DNA of 64,000 bases, taken from assembly GCA_965216315.1 (NCBI GenBank), contig CBDCFN010000016.1, positions 392,378-456,377 of the forward strand. The letters are read 5' to 3'. Shown piece after piece: positions 49,965 through 58,894 of the stretch (position 1 is its first letter; the number at the start of each line of letters is the position of its first letter). The position numbers and the translations under genes are program-made. Below the pieces are notes generated by a model, which saw only the letters and a program-made list of their open reading frames with translations, was not told the origin of the DNA and ran no database searches. This stretch comes from a bacterium. GTDB lineage: Bacteria > UBA10199 > 2-02-FULL-50-16 > JAJFLM01.

Positions 49965-51785
49965 ATGAAAACAAGAGCTATCCTCGTAACGACTGATATT
50001 CTGATCTTATCGTGCTCTTTTTTGCTCTCGCATTATTGGTTTGCTGCGCAAATAGATGATCCATTAATTTTATGTATATTGTTCTTAGCCGTTAAGCTGA
50101 TTTTCTTCGTAAAATTTGGTCTTTATAACGCGATATTGAAATTCGCAGGAATGCCGTTGGCAGCAACTATGATTAAAGCCATAACGGCGGCACAAGTGTT
50201 GCTTATAGCGGCAAGTCACATCCTGTCTAGTCAGTCGATACCGATTGGATTCTTTATTGCAGATTTTTTAATAACGGCTTTCCTCGTCGGTCTCGTGCGG
50301 TTTGCTCCACGATATTTTTCGGAAGCGGGTAAGTCTGTCGGTTCAAAACGTGTATTAATTTATGGTGCGGGAGAACTAGGAGTCAGTGTAGCTGAAAAAT
50401 TAATTAGAAGTTCAAATGAATATAGGTTGTTGGGTTTTTTAGATGACCGTGATTCAAAAATTGGAAAGAGAATTCACAATCTTCCCGTCTATGGGTCACG
50501 ACAGGACGTTTCTGCAATTGTCGCTAAGTTAAAGGTGTCCGAGGTGATCGTGGCTATAGCGAGTATCACAGGTCAGAATCTAAGGCAAATAGCCCGAGAA
50601 TGTCATAGAAATGGTGTGATTTGCCGCATCGTTCCTTCGTTCCCTGATATGATGAAAAAAGATGTAAGCGTCAAGAATATCGATATTAAAGATCTCTTGA
50701 AGAGAAAACCCAATGATTTAGATGAAGTGATGATCAAGAAGTTTATTAAAGATAGAGCCATGTTGATTACAGGTGCGGGGGGGTCAATAGGTGCGGAAAT
50801 GGCAAGGCAATGTATTAAGTACGGTGCCAGAAAATTGGTATTAGTCGATCAATCAGAATATAATTTATATTCACTTCAAGAAGAGCTAGAATCATCAAAC
50901 ATCTCAATTAGATATTGCTTGAGTGATGTTCTTTGTAAGGAGAGTCTTGAAAAAATATTTTCAGAAGAGCGGCCTTCGATCGTATTTCATGCAGCGGCGT
51001 ATAAGCATGTACCTATAGTCGAGGACAATGTTTTTACGGGAGTTAAAAATAATGTTCAAGGTACGATTAATGTGGCGGAATTAGCACAAAAATACGACGT
51101 TGAAAAGTTCGTTCTGATCTCTACAGACAAGGCTGTAAGGCCGAGTAGCGTTATGGGGGCGAGTAAGAGAGTTGCAGAGCTCTATGTGCAGAATATGGAT
51201 CCTCGAGGCTCAACGGAATTTATCGCAGTGCGATTCGGAAATGTTCTGGCCAGCTCAGGTAGCGTTATTCCAAAATTTATTGAGCAAATCAATGAAGGGG
51301 GACCGGTTACGGTTACGCACCCCGACGTGACTCGCTATTTCATGCTGATCAATGAAGCTGTGCAGCTCGTCTTGCAAGCTGCCAGTATTGGGCATGGGGG
51401 AGAAATATTTATTCTGAATATGGGGAGTCCGATTCGAATTTCCGAAATGGCTGAGGACCTGATCTTTTTGGCGGGCAGGCAGCCGCATAAAGATATAAAG
51501 ATACTATATACTGGCTTGCGACCAGGTGAGAAGTTATATGAGGAATTATTAATTGATGAGACGGAGAAGAAGACTCAATACGAAAATATCACAATAGGGC
51601 GCGCTATCTATTTGGACTGGGGTTCGTTGAAAAAAAATATTCAGCTTCTTAGTGAGGCCATCGAGACGCATAATAGAGGGAGATTATTGAACACATTGAG
51701 GGTGCTTGTTCCGGAATTTGCTCATGAATCGTTCGAGGGGCCTCTTAAGGGTGCCAAGGTCGTTGCGTTGCCTCTGCCATCTTAA
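49965..51785 (+). CDS. membrane-anchored UDP-GlcNAc 4,6-dehydratase (WbpM/PglF/CapD family)
   Basis: 606 aa with N-terminal TM segments. The catalytic domain carries LITGAGGSIGAEMARQ and a YxxxK motif. Confidence 0.85.
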   Translation: MKTRAILVTTDILILSCSFLLSHYWFAAQIDDPLILCILFLAVKLIFFVKFGLYNAILKFAGMPLAATMIKAITAAQVLLIAASHILSSQSIPIGFFIADFLITAFLVGLVRFAPRYFSEAGKSVGSKRVLIYGAGELGVSVAEKLIRSSNEYRLLGFLDDRDSKIGKRIHNLPVYGSRQDVSAIVAKLKVSEVIVAIASITGQNLRQIARECHRNGVICRIVPSFPDMMKKDVSVKNIDIKDLLKRKPNDLDEVMIKKFIKDRAMLITGAGGSIGAEMARQCIKYGARKLVLVDQSEYNLYSLQEELESSNISIRYCLSDVLCKESLEKIFSEERPSIVFHAAAYKHVPIVEDNVFTGVKNNVQGTINVAELAQKYDVEKFVLISTDKAVRPSSVMGASKRVAELYVQNMDPRGSTEFIAVRFGNVLASSGSVIPKFIEQINEGGPVTVTHPDVTRYFMLINEAVQLVLQAASIGHGGEIFILNMGSPIRISEMAEDLIFLAGRQPHKDIKILYTGLRPGEKLYEELLIDETEKKTQYENITIGRAIYLDWGSLKKNIQLLSEAIETHNRGRLLNTLRVLVPEFAHESFEGPLKGAKVVALPLPS

Positions 51786-51792
51786 GTAATTA

Positions 51793-53085
51793 TTATTGAC
51801 AGTTTTGAGGGAGTGGCATTGTGCCCGCGAGAACTTCGCGGGCACAATTATTATTAATGATTTCTTCCGAAGTCAGTGAGCGGTTATAGACAGCAACATC
51901 ATCCAGTAACCCATGAAAATTATACTGCGTAGCTGTTGGCGCACCACTGAGATCAACAGAGCCACCTATCCGGTTGTCAATTGAACTCAAAGTTGTCCCA
52001 TTTAGATTGTCATAAACTGGAATTGAAGCTAATTCGGCACCACCTAAGAAGAACTTAGCACCAGAAGCTAAAGTGCTGCCATCGTAAGTTACGGCGACAC
52101 TTTGCATAGTGCCTGGAGCAGCGAAAGTCATCATTGAGTCAATTCTAAGGCGGTTGTCTGCTGAATTATCGCTGGTGTAAACAAAGTTTAGGTGATCGGA
52201 AGCATCGTAACCGAACCAGAAACCCCTTGAAAGAGATGGATTTGTATAGTCAGCATTGCTGAGTATCGTATGATCAGAGCCGGCTGAATCGCGTCTTGTC
52301 CATGCCTCAATGCTGAAAGCATCTGTCGAGTCAAAATTAAAGACATTGCCGATAGTGATGAAATCATTTACGCCGTCAAAGTTTACAGCGCCTCCTACAT
52401 GACCTTGTGTCCATGCGACAGCAAGATTAAAATTAGTCAAGGTTCCGCTATTCCCTACGCTGCTTGAGTCAATAGCAGTACCTCCTGCCCCATCATCCAT
52501 TCGCCACCAGCCTATCAATGAATTATCGGTCGAGAAGCCCGCGATATCACTGTAATTGGAAAAGGAAGCATCACTATAAACCGTTCTAACTTTCCAGTAG
52601 TACTGTGACGAAACAGCGAGCGAATCAATAACATCGTATTGAGTCGTAACCTGTATAGCGTTTGGGCAAAGATCAGGTCCGTCTATCGATGGCAGTCCTT
52701 GAGATGATTGGCATACTTGATATCCGCTAATGCTTTTTTCATTTACAGGTGGGAGCTCGCCATCCTGCCAAAATAAGAAGGCCCGTGTTGGAGTCAATTG
52801 GGCTCCATTTATTGGGCGAAGAATTGCGGGCGTTCCATCAAATGGGGTTCCTGCATCTACACTGCCAGCATCTGTCCCCGTATCCGTTGTGTCTCCATCT
52901 GTTGAGCCATCTGTTCCGCCATCAGTGCTGGAGCCAGCAATGAAGGGATCGCTAAAACACCCGACTGTCATCATTGATAAGGCGATTGGTACCAAGAGTA
53001 GCGAGTTGTGTGCTGTGTGAGCTGAAGCCATTACTGTGCTTGAGCCATGTAATGACGAATTTATCGAGGTGGTGCAGGCTAACAT
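51793..53085 (-). CDS. LamG/Fn3-like lipoprotein, paralog A (most divergent copy)
   Basis: Lipobox LSMMTVGC. A Thr/Gly/Asp-rich linker follows. The Fn3-like module ends in YYWKVRTVY. The LamG module carries FDGVNDF…FSIEAW…VAVTYDG…LDDVAVYNRSLT. The tail reads NNCAREVLAG…NCQ. An AGGAG RBS lies upstream. Confidence 0.6.
   Translation of the reverse strand: MLACTTSINSSLHGSSTVMASAHTAHNSLLLVPIALSMMTVGCFSDPFIAGSSTDGGTDGSTDGDTTDTGTDAGSVDAGTPFDGTPAILRPINGAQLTPTRAFLFWQDGELPPVNEKSISGYQVCQSSQGLPSIDGPDLCPNAIQVTTQYDVIDSLAVSSQYYWKVRTVYSDASFSNYSDIAGFSTDNSLIGWWRMDDGAGGTAIDSSSVGNSGTLTNFNLAVAWTQGHVGGAVNFDGVNDFITIGNVFNFDSTDAFSIEAWTRRDSAGSDHTILSNADYTNPSLSRGFWFGYDASDHLNFVYTSDNSADNRLRIDSMMTFAAPGTMQSVAVTYDGSTLASGAKFFLGGAELASIPVYDNLNGTTLSSIDNRIGGSVDLSGAPTATQYNFHGLLDDVAVYNRSLTSEEIINNNCAREVLAGTMPLPQNCQ
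51818..51848. terminator. perfect 11-bp-stem hairpin (tgtgcccgcga-gaac-tcgcgggcaca) between convergent transcription units
   Basis: The hairpin lies about 35 nt past the wbpM-like stop. On the other strand it sits inside the last roughly 18 codons (CAREVLAGT) of the first LamG gene. Hand-counted coordinates may be off by 1-2 nt. Confidence 0.4.
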
Positions 53086-53106
53086 CTGAAACTCCTCAAG
53101 GATTAT

Positions 53107-54570
53107 TTACTGACAAATTAATGGCAACGGGCTAGATCCGGCTAAGGCCTCACGAGAACAAGTTTCATTGATGACTTCAGGAAGAGTCAGTACTCGGGAA
53201 TATACAGCTACATCATCGAGGACACCATCAAAGTTGTAGAGGGAAGCGAGTGGCATTCCAGATGTATCAACAGAGCCACCAAGCCGCGTCGGAGCTGAGT
53301 TGAGGGTTGTGCCGGACAGATTATCATTGGTTAGAGTCGTAGCATCTTCAACGCCATCAACGTACATTTTAACGCCTGAGGCTGAAAGCGAGCCATCGTA
53401 GCTTAAGGCCACATGATGGGGTGTCCCAGCGCCAAATAGAGTTGTTGAATCAACCCTGATTTGATCCCCCGTACTATTATCACTATTAAGAGTGAAATTA
53501 AGATTGCCTGAGGCAATAAAGCCGAACCAGTAGCCACGCTGCAATGTAGAATCAGTATAATCGGTTCTACTGATAATCGTATCATCAGTACCAGTGGATT
53601 GGCGGTTAGTCCATGCCGAGATCGTATAGGGGGTTGTTGAATCAAAATTTAAAATATTCCCTAGTTCAACAAAGTCGTCAGTACCATCGAAGCTTAGGGC
53701 ACCACCAATAAGGCCAGGTGTCCAGGCGGTTGAAGTATCAAAATTAGTCAGGGTGCCGTTATTGCCCGCACTGCTGGAATCACTGGCTGTGCTGCCGGAA
53801 CCTTCATTGAAGCGCCACCAGCCGAGCAGAGAGTTATCGGTAGAAAAGGATCTAACTGGACTATAGTCGGTGCAATCGGCTTCTATGGCGTCGTAACAGG
53901 TTTGGACCTTCCAAAAATAACTTTGCGAGGGGGTTAAAGGATCGATGACACGGAAGCGATTGGTGTCGATGGTTTCATTGGGGCACTCGTCGGCATCATC
54001 GATATCGGCCAGCCCGACCGCGGTGTAGCAGGAACGATACCAGGTGGAGTTGCCTCCCGGAATGACGCCGTCTTGCCAGGACATAAAGGCGCGTGCGGGT
54101 GGCAATGTCTGTCCATCGGTGGGGAGCGATTGAGTTGGGATGTGGTCGGAGGGATATTCCATTCCACCATCCGTCGTGCCACTGTCGTCACCGCTATCAC
54201 TACCAGCATCGACTGGAGGTGTTCCACTATCGTCGGGACCTCCGTCACCCGTAGTCCCGCCATCCGATGTGCCGAGTCCACTCGGATCAAATGTACACGC
54301 TCCCAATAAGCAAACGACAGCTCCTAGCAGAGCTACAGGCACTAAACGTAAGGCAGATTTAAATAGCTTGGCTCCTTCATCAGGACGCTGAACTGAAGGG
54401 CTTTGTTTAGTAAGGATGGAGCTGTTTGGCGCAACCGAGCCCGTGAGTGAACTACTAGCAGAAACGCTTGGAGCACCTGCTTGTGCCATGTTTTGCGTAG
54501 GAATGCCCACACTGCTAAGCAGCAGCTGGGACGTCGCCATAGCTGTCGAATTTACACCAGCAAGATACAT
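53107..54570 (-). CDS. LamG/Fn3-like lipoprotein, paralog B
   Basis: Lipobox LLGAC. Fn3-like and LamG modules are present and the tail reads ETCSREALAGSSPLPLICQ. A long N-terminal region precedes the lipobox. Confidence 0.6.
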   Translation of the reverse strand: MYLAGVNSTAMATSQLLLSSVGIPTQNMAQAGAPSVSASSSLTGSVAPNSSILTKQSPSVQRPDEGAKLFKSALRLVPVALLGAVVCLLGACTFDPSGLGTSDGGTTGDGGPDDSGTPPVDAGSDSGDDSGTTDGGMEYPSDHIPTQSLPTDGQTLPPARAFMSWQDGVIPGGNSTWYRSCYTAVGLADIDDADECPNETIDTNRFRVIDPLTPSQSYFWKVQTCYDAIEADCTDYSPVRSFSTDNSLLGWWRFNEGSGSTASDSSSAGNNGTLTNFDTSTAWTPGLIGGALSFDGTDDFVELGNILNFDSTTPYTISAWTNRQSTGTDDTIISRTDYTDSTLQRGYWFGFIASGNLNFTLNSDNSTGDQIRVDSTTLFGAGTPHHVALSYDGSLSASGVKMYVDGVEDATTLTNDNLSGTTLNSAPTRLGGSVDTSGMPLASLYNFDGVLDDVAVYSRVLTLPEVINETCSREALAGSSPLPLICQ

Positions 54571-54671
54571 TTTCGCACCTAGCTCACTGTTCGGCTACGC
54601 TTATAAAAAGTTGCTCCAAATTAGAAAAAGTGAAAAGTTTTCTATATTCTCTATAATTTCAACATGTTATT

Positions 54672-56111
54672 TTAGTTGCATATTAATAGAAAAGGACCAG
54701 CTCCAGTGAGGGCCTCACGCGCACAAGTCTCATTGACGATTTCCTGAGCAGTCAGGGCACGATTGTAGACCGTGACATCATCTATGATTCCATCGAAATT
54801 ATAGAGAGAAGCTGAAGGCATCCCAGTTGTATCGATGGAGCCACCAATCCGCGTCGGGGCGGGATTGAGAGTCGTGCCCGCCAACGCATCGGATACAACC
54901 ATAACCGTCTCTTCAGTTCCATCGACAAAAAGTTTAGCTCCACTAGCCATCGTGGATCCATCATAGGTGACGGCCACATGATGGGGAGTCCCCGGGGAAT
55001 TAAAGAGAGTCGTCGAATCAATGCGGAGTCGGTTGCCCGTACTGCTGTCACTCACCAAGAAGAGATCGAGGGTGTCAGTAGAACTAAAGCCAAACCAATA
55101 ACCTCGTTGCAAGACGGGATCGGTATAGTCGGCCCGTGCAAAGATAGTATGGTCGGAGCCAACAGCCTGGCGGTTGGTCCAGGCGGAGATAGTAAAGGGG
55201 CTCGAAGCATCGAAATTCAAGATGTCACCGAGTTCAACGAAATCGTCAGTGCCATCGAAGGTCAAGGCTCCCCCGATAAAGCCCGGGACCCAGGCAGATG
55301 CGAGATCGAAATTAGTCAGGACTCCATTGTTGCCTGCACTGCTGGAATCAGTAGCGGAACTGCCAGCGCCGTTGTCCATACGCCACCAGCCGAGTAAGGA
55401 ATTGTCGGTGGAGAAGGAGCGCACGGGACTGTAGTCCGTACAGTCGGTTCCGCCCGCATCGTAACAGGTCTGGACCTTCCAAAAATAACTTTGCGATGGG
55501 GTTAAAGGATCGATGACACGGAAGCGATTGGTGTCGATGGTTTCATTGGGGCACTCGTCGGCATCATCGATATCGGCCAGCCCGACCGCGGTGTAGCAGG
55601 AACGATACCAGGTGGAGTTGCCTCCCGGAATGACGCCGTCTTGCCAGGACATAAAGGCGCGTGCGGGTGGCAATGTCTGTCCATCGGTGGGGAGCGATTG
55701 AGTTGGGATGTGGTCGGAGGGATAACCGGCTCCACTATCATCATTGGCATCGGAGCTGGCGTCGACGATTGGGCCACCATCAGGGCCCCCGTCGCCAGGA
55801 CCAATAGTGCCATCACGTGCACCGACATATGAGTCATTAAATGAACATCCAGCCAAAAGACATAAGATCGTGCTAAGAATAAGACTCTCTAATAGCGATG
55901 AAGAGGCGCTTTCTTTAATTGTTGTAGGATCATGAATAGCTGGCTTTTTAATATGCCTCTGTGGCCGAATATTTGCTGTGGATCCAATTAATTTGGATTC
56001 TTGTATTGAGAGCGATGTAAAGGTTTTCTGCGTTTGCAGAGGAGTACTGCAAAGAACAGTTTGTGATAACAACGATGATGATATACCGCTAATAATGTTC
56101 ATAAGGCGCAA
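54672..56111 (-). CDS. LamG/Fn3-like lipoprotein, paralog C
   Basis: Lipobox LLAGC. Its Fn3 segment is identical to those of B and F. The tail reads ETCAREALTGAGPFLLICN. Confidence 0.6.
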   Translation of the reverse strand: MRLMNIISGISSSLLSQTVLCSTPLQTQKTFTSLSIQESKLIGSTANIRPQRHIKKPAIHDPTTIKESASSSLLESLILSTILCLLAGCSFNDSYVGARDGTIGPGDGGPDGGPIVDASSDANDDSGAGYPSDHIPTQSLPTDGQTLPPARAFMSWQDGVIPGGNSTWYRSCYTAVGLADIDDADECPNETIDTNRFRVIDPLTPSQSYFWKVQTCYDAGGTDCTDYSPVRSFSTDNSLLGWWRMDNGAGSSATDSSSAGNNGVLTNFDLASAWVPGFIGGALTFDGTDDFVELGDILNFDASSPFTISAWTNRQAVGSDHTIFARADYTDPVLQRGYWFGFSSTDTLDLFLVSDSSTGNRLRIDSTTLFNSPGTPHHVAVTYDGSTMASGAKLFVDGTEETVMVVSDALAGTTLNPAPTRIGGSIDTTGMPSASLYNFDGIIDDVTVYNRALTAQEIVNETCAREALTGAGPFLLICN

Positions 56112-56287
56112 CCGCTAACATTAAAGATAGTCAGGCTATCCAGCAGTATCGCACCTGAATCTAGCATCGTATTTCATTACAAAAAGTTGTGCAAAACTTC
56201 ATGAGCTGCTGCGATAGGGCTATAACTTACTGTTATTATTTCTTTTATAGGAGTACTTTTTTATGGCTGGTAGGCGGTTAGGGCAGG

Positions 56288-57511
56288 CTAATTGCAAATA
56301 GGACTCAATGCTGACATATCATTGGTTTCTTGTCGATTGAGAGCCTCGCGGGCGCAGGTTTCATTGACGATTTCCTGAGCAGTCAGGGAACGATTATAAA
56401 CCGTGACATCATCAATAATTCCCTCAAAATTATAGAGAGATGCCAGCGGCATCCCAGCTATATCGATAGAACCTCCAATTCGTGCCGGAGCCGGATTGAG
56501 AGTTGTGCCCGCCAACGCATCGGATACAAACGTTACGGCGTCTTCAACTCCATCGACAAAAAGTTTAGCGCCAGCGGCCATCGTGGACCCATTATAAGTG
56601 ACGGCCACATGATGGGCAGTATTCGGGGCATTAAAGAGAGTCGTCGAATCGATGCGGAGCCGATCACCGGTGCTGCTGTCACTAACTAAGAAGAAGTTGA
56701 GGGTGTCAGTAGAGCTAAAGCCAAACCAATAACCCCGTTGAAGGGTTGGGTCGGTATAATCAGCCCGTGCAAAGATAGTATGATCGGCGCCCACGGACTG
56801 GCGGTTTGCCCAAGCCGAGATGGTAAAAGAGTTTGTGGCGTCAAAATTCAAAATATCACCGAGTTCAACGAAGTCATTAGTGCCATCGAAGCTGAGGGCG
56901 CCTCCGACAAGGCCCGGGACCCAGGCGGTTGAGGTATCAAAATTAGTCAGGATTCCATTATTTCCGGCACTGCTGGAATCTGTGGCTGTGCTGCCGGTGC
57001 CATCGTCCATGCGCCACCAGCCAAGAAGTGAATCGTCAGTAGAATAAAAACGAATGGCACTATATTCGGAGACTGTATCGTCATTGTATCTTGTGCGAAC
57101 CTTCCAGTGATAAGTTGTATTTGGAGTAAGTAGGGGAGTGACATCATAAGCTGTTGCGACCAATTTGCTTCCAGGGCAAGCAGCGCCTTGAATGGAGGTA
57201 AGTCCTTCCGTCGTTTGGCATATTTCGAAGCTGCTAATGATCTTGTCCGCCGGAACATTAACTGCTTGCCAAGATTGGAAGGAACGCGTCGGAGGAAGCA
57301 GCGAACCGTCGGGTGGGAATGTGAGCGATGGAATACCACTCCCAACGGCGATGCCACCGACTCCTCCTGAGCCGGTCATTCCACCGAGCTGCCCGTCAGA
57401 ATACTCATCTAGGCCGAGAATCTCACTACAGCTGGTTGCGCTTAGCCCTAAGCCGAATACGAGGAGTGCTCGACCAGCTGTTGAATTAATACTTGTACCA
57501 ATTAGAGTCAT
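56288..57511 (-). CDS. LamG/Fn3-like lipoprotein, paralog D
   Basis: A short lipoprotein signal ends in LSATSC. The Fn3 module is of the second type (…EICQTTEG…CPGS…YHWKVRTRY). The tail NRQETNDMSALSPICN is shared with paralog E. Confidence 0.6.
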   Translation of the reverse strand: MTLIGTSINSTAGRALLVFGLGLSATSCSEILGLDEYSDGQLGGMTGSGGVGGIAVGSGIPSLTFPPDGSLLPPTRSFQSWQAVNVPADKIISSFEICQTTEGLTSIQGAACPGSKLVATAYDVTPLLTPNTTYHWKVRTRYNDDTVSEYSAIRFYSTDDSLLGWWRMDDGTGSTATDSSSAGNNGILTNFDTSTAWVPGLVGGALSFDGTNDFVELGDILNFDATNSFTISAWANRQSVGADHTIFARADYTDPTLQRGYWFGFSSTDTLNFFLVSDSSTGDRLRIDSTTLFNAPNTAHHVAVTYNGSTMAAGAKLFVDGVEDAVTFVSDALAGTTLNPAPARIGGSIDIAGMPLASLYNFEGIIDDVTVYNRSLTAQEIVNETCAREALNRQETNDMSALSPICN

Positions 57512-57513
57512 AC

Positions 57514-58788
57514 CTAATTACAAATTGAAGGCAAGGCAGACATGTCATTAGTTTCCTGTCGATTAACGGCCTCGCGCGCACAGGTCTCATTGACGATCTC
57601 TTGAGCAGTCAGGGCACGGTTGTAAACCGTGACATCATCTATGATTCCATCGAAATTATAGAGGGAGGCTGAAGGCATGCCAGTGACATCAACCGATCCA
57701 CCAATCCGCGCCGGAGCGGGATTGAGAGTCGTGCCCGCCAACGCATCGGATACAACCGTAACCGTCTCTTCAGTCCCATCCACGAAAAGTTTGGCTCCAC
57801 TAGCCATCGTGGAGCCGTCATAGGTCACGGCCACATGATGGGGAGTATTCGGGGTATTAAAGAGAGTCGTCGAATCGATGCGGAGTCGGTTGCCCGTACT
57901 GCTGTCACTAACCAAGAAGAGGTCGAGGGTGTCAGTAGAACTAAAGCCAAACCAATAACCTCGTTGCAGGACGGGATCCGTATAATCAGCCCGTGCAAAG
58001 ATGGTGTGGTCGGAGCCCGCAGCCTGGCGGTTGGTCCACGCGGAAATAGTAAAAGGGCTCGAAGCATCAAAGTTCAAGATGTCACCGAGCTCAACGAAGT
58101 CGTCAGTGCCATCGAAGGTCAAGGCCCCGCTGACCAAGCCCGGGACCCAGGCGGTTGAGGTATCAAAATTAGTCAGGGTGCCGTTATTGCCCGCACTGCT
58201 GGAATCACTGGCTGTGCTGCCGGAACCTTCATTGAAGCGCCACCAGCCGAGTAAGGAATTGTCGGTGGAGAAGGAGTGCACGGGGCTGTAGTCCGTACAG
58301 TCGGTTCCGCCCGCATCGTAACAGGTCTGGACCTTCCAAAAATAACTTTGCGATGGGGTTAAAGGATCGATAATACGAAAAAGGTTGGTATCGATCAATT
58401 CATTCGGACAGTTCGCGGCGTTTGAGATAGCGGCTATATTAGCCGCATGGCAGGAACGATACCAGGTGGAATTGCCCTCAGGAACGACACCATCTTGCCA
58501 GGATATAAACGCACGCGCAGGCGGCAATGATTGTTTGTCAGCCGGTTGTGATTGAAGTGGGATGTGATCGGCAGGATAACTGTTGTCGATGGTTCCGCCA
58601 CTGCCGCCCATTCCGGCTGTTCCGCCCGTCGTTATCATGCCACCGGTTCCACCGGTAGAGCTCCCTGGAGGATCGCCAATTTTGTCCCGGTCGACTTCAG
58701 TTAGGAATGAGCAGCTTGCGACGCCCATACTGAATCCCAGCGCGAGTGCAAGTCGAGAGCTGGTTGCAGATGCCATGAATCCGTTCAT
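57514..58788 (-). CDS. LamG/Fn3-like lipoprotein, paralog E
   Basis: The lipoprotein signal ends in GVASC. Roughly 0.8 kb is about 99% identical to paralog F. The tail reads NRQETNDMSALPSICN. It starts 2 nt after the stop of paralog D. Confidence 0.6.
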   Translation of the reverse strand: MNGFMASATSSRLALALGFSMGVASCSFLTEVDRDKIGDPPGSSTGGTGGMITTGGTAGMGGSGGTIDNSYPADHIPLQSQPADKQSLPPARAFISWQDGVVPEGNSTWYRSCHAANIAAISNAANCPNELIDTNLFRIIDPLTPSQSYFWKVQTCYDAGGTDCTDYSPVHSFSTDNSLLGWWRFNEGSGSTASDSSSAGNNGTLTNFDTSTAWVPGLVSGALTFDGTDDFVELGDILNFDASSPFTISAWTNRQAAGSDHTIFARADYTDPVLQRGYWFGFSSTDTLDLFLVSDSSTGNRLRIDSTTLFNTPNTPHHVAVTYDGSTMASGAKLFVDGTEETVTVVSDALAGTTLNPAPARIGGSVDVTGMPSASLYNFDGIIDDVTVYNRALTAQEIVNETCAREAVNRQETNDMSALPSICN

Positions 58789-58894
58789 ATAATATATCTC
58801 CTTCTCCAGTGTGTGGTGTCGACTAGAGGCAAGAATTGTTGTGGAACCGAAATAAAATTCGTTTACTGGAGTAAACAGCTAAAAGGTGCTTATG

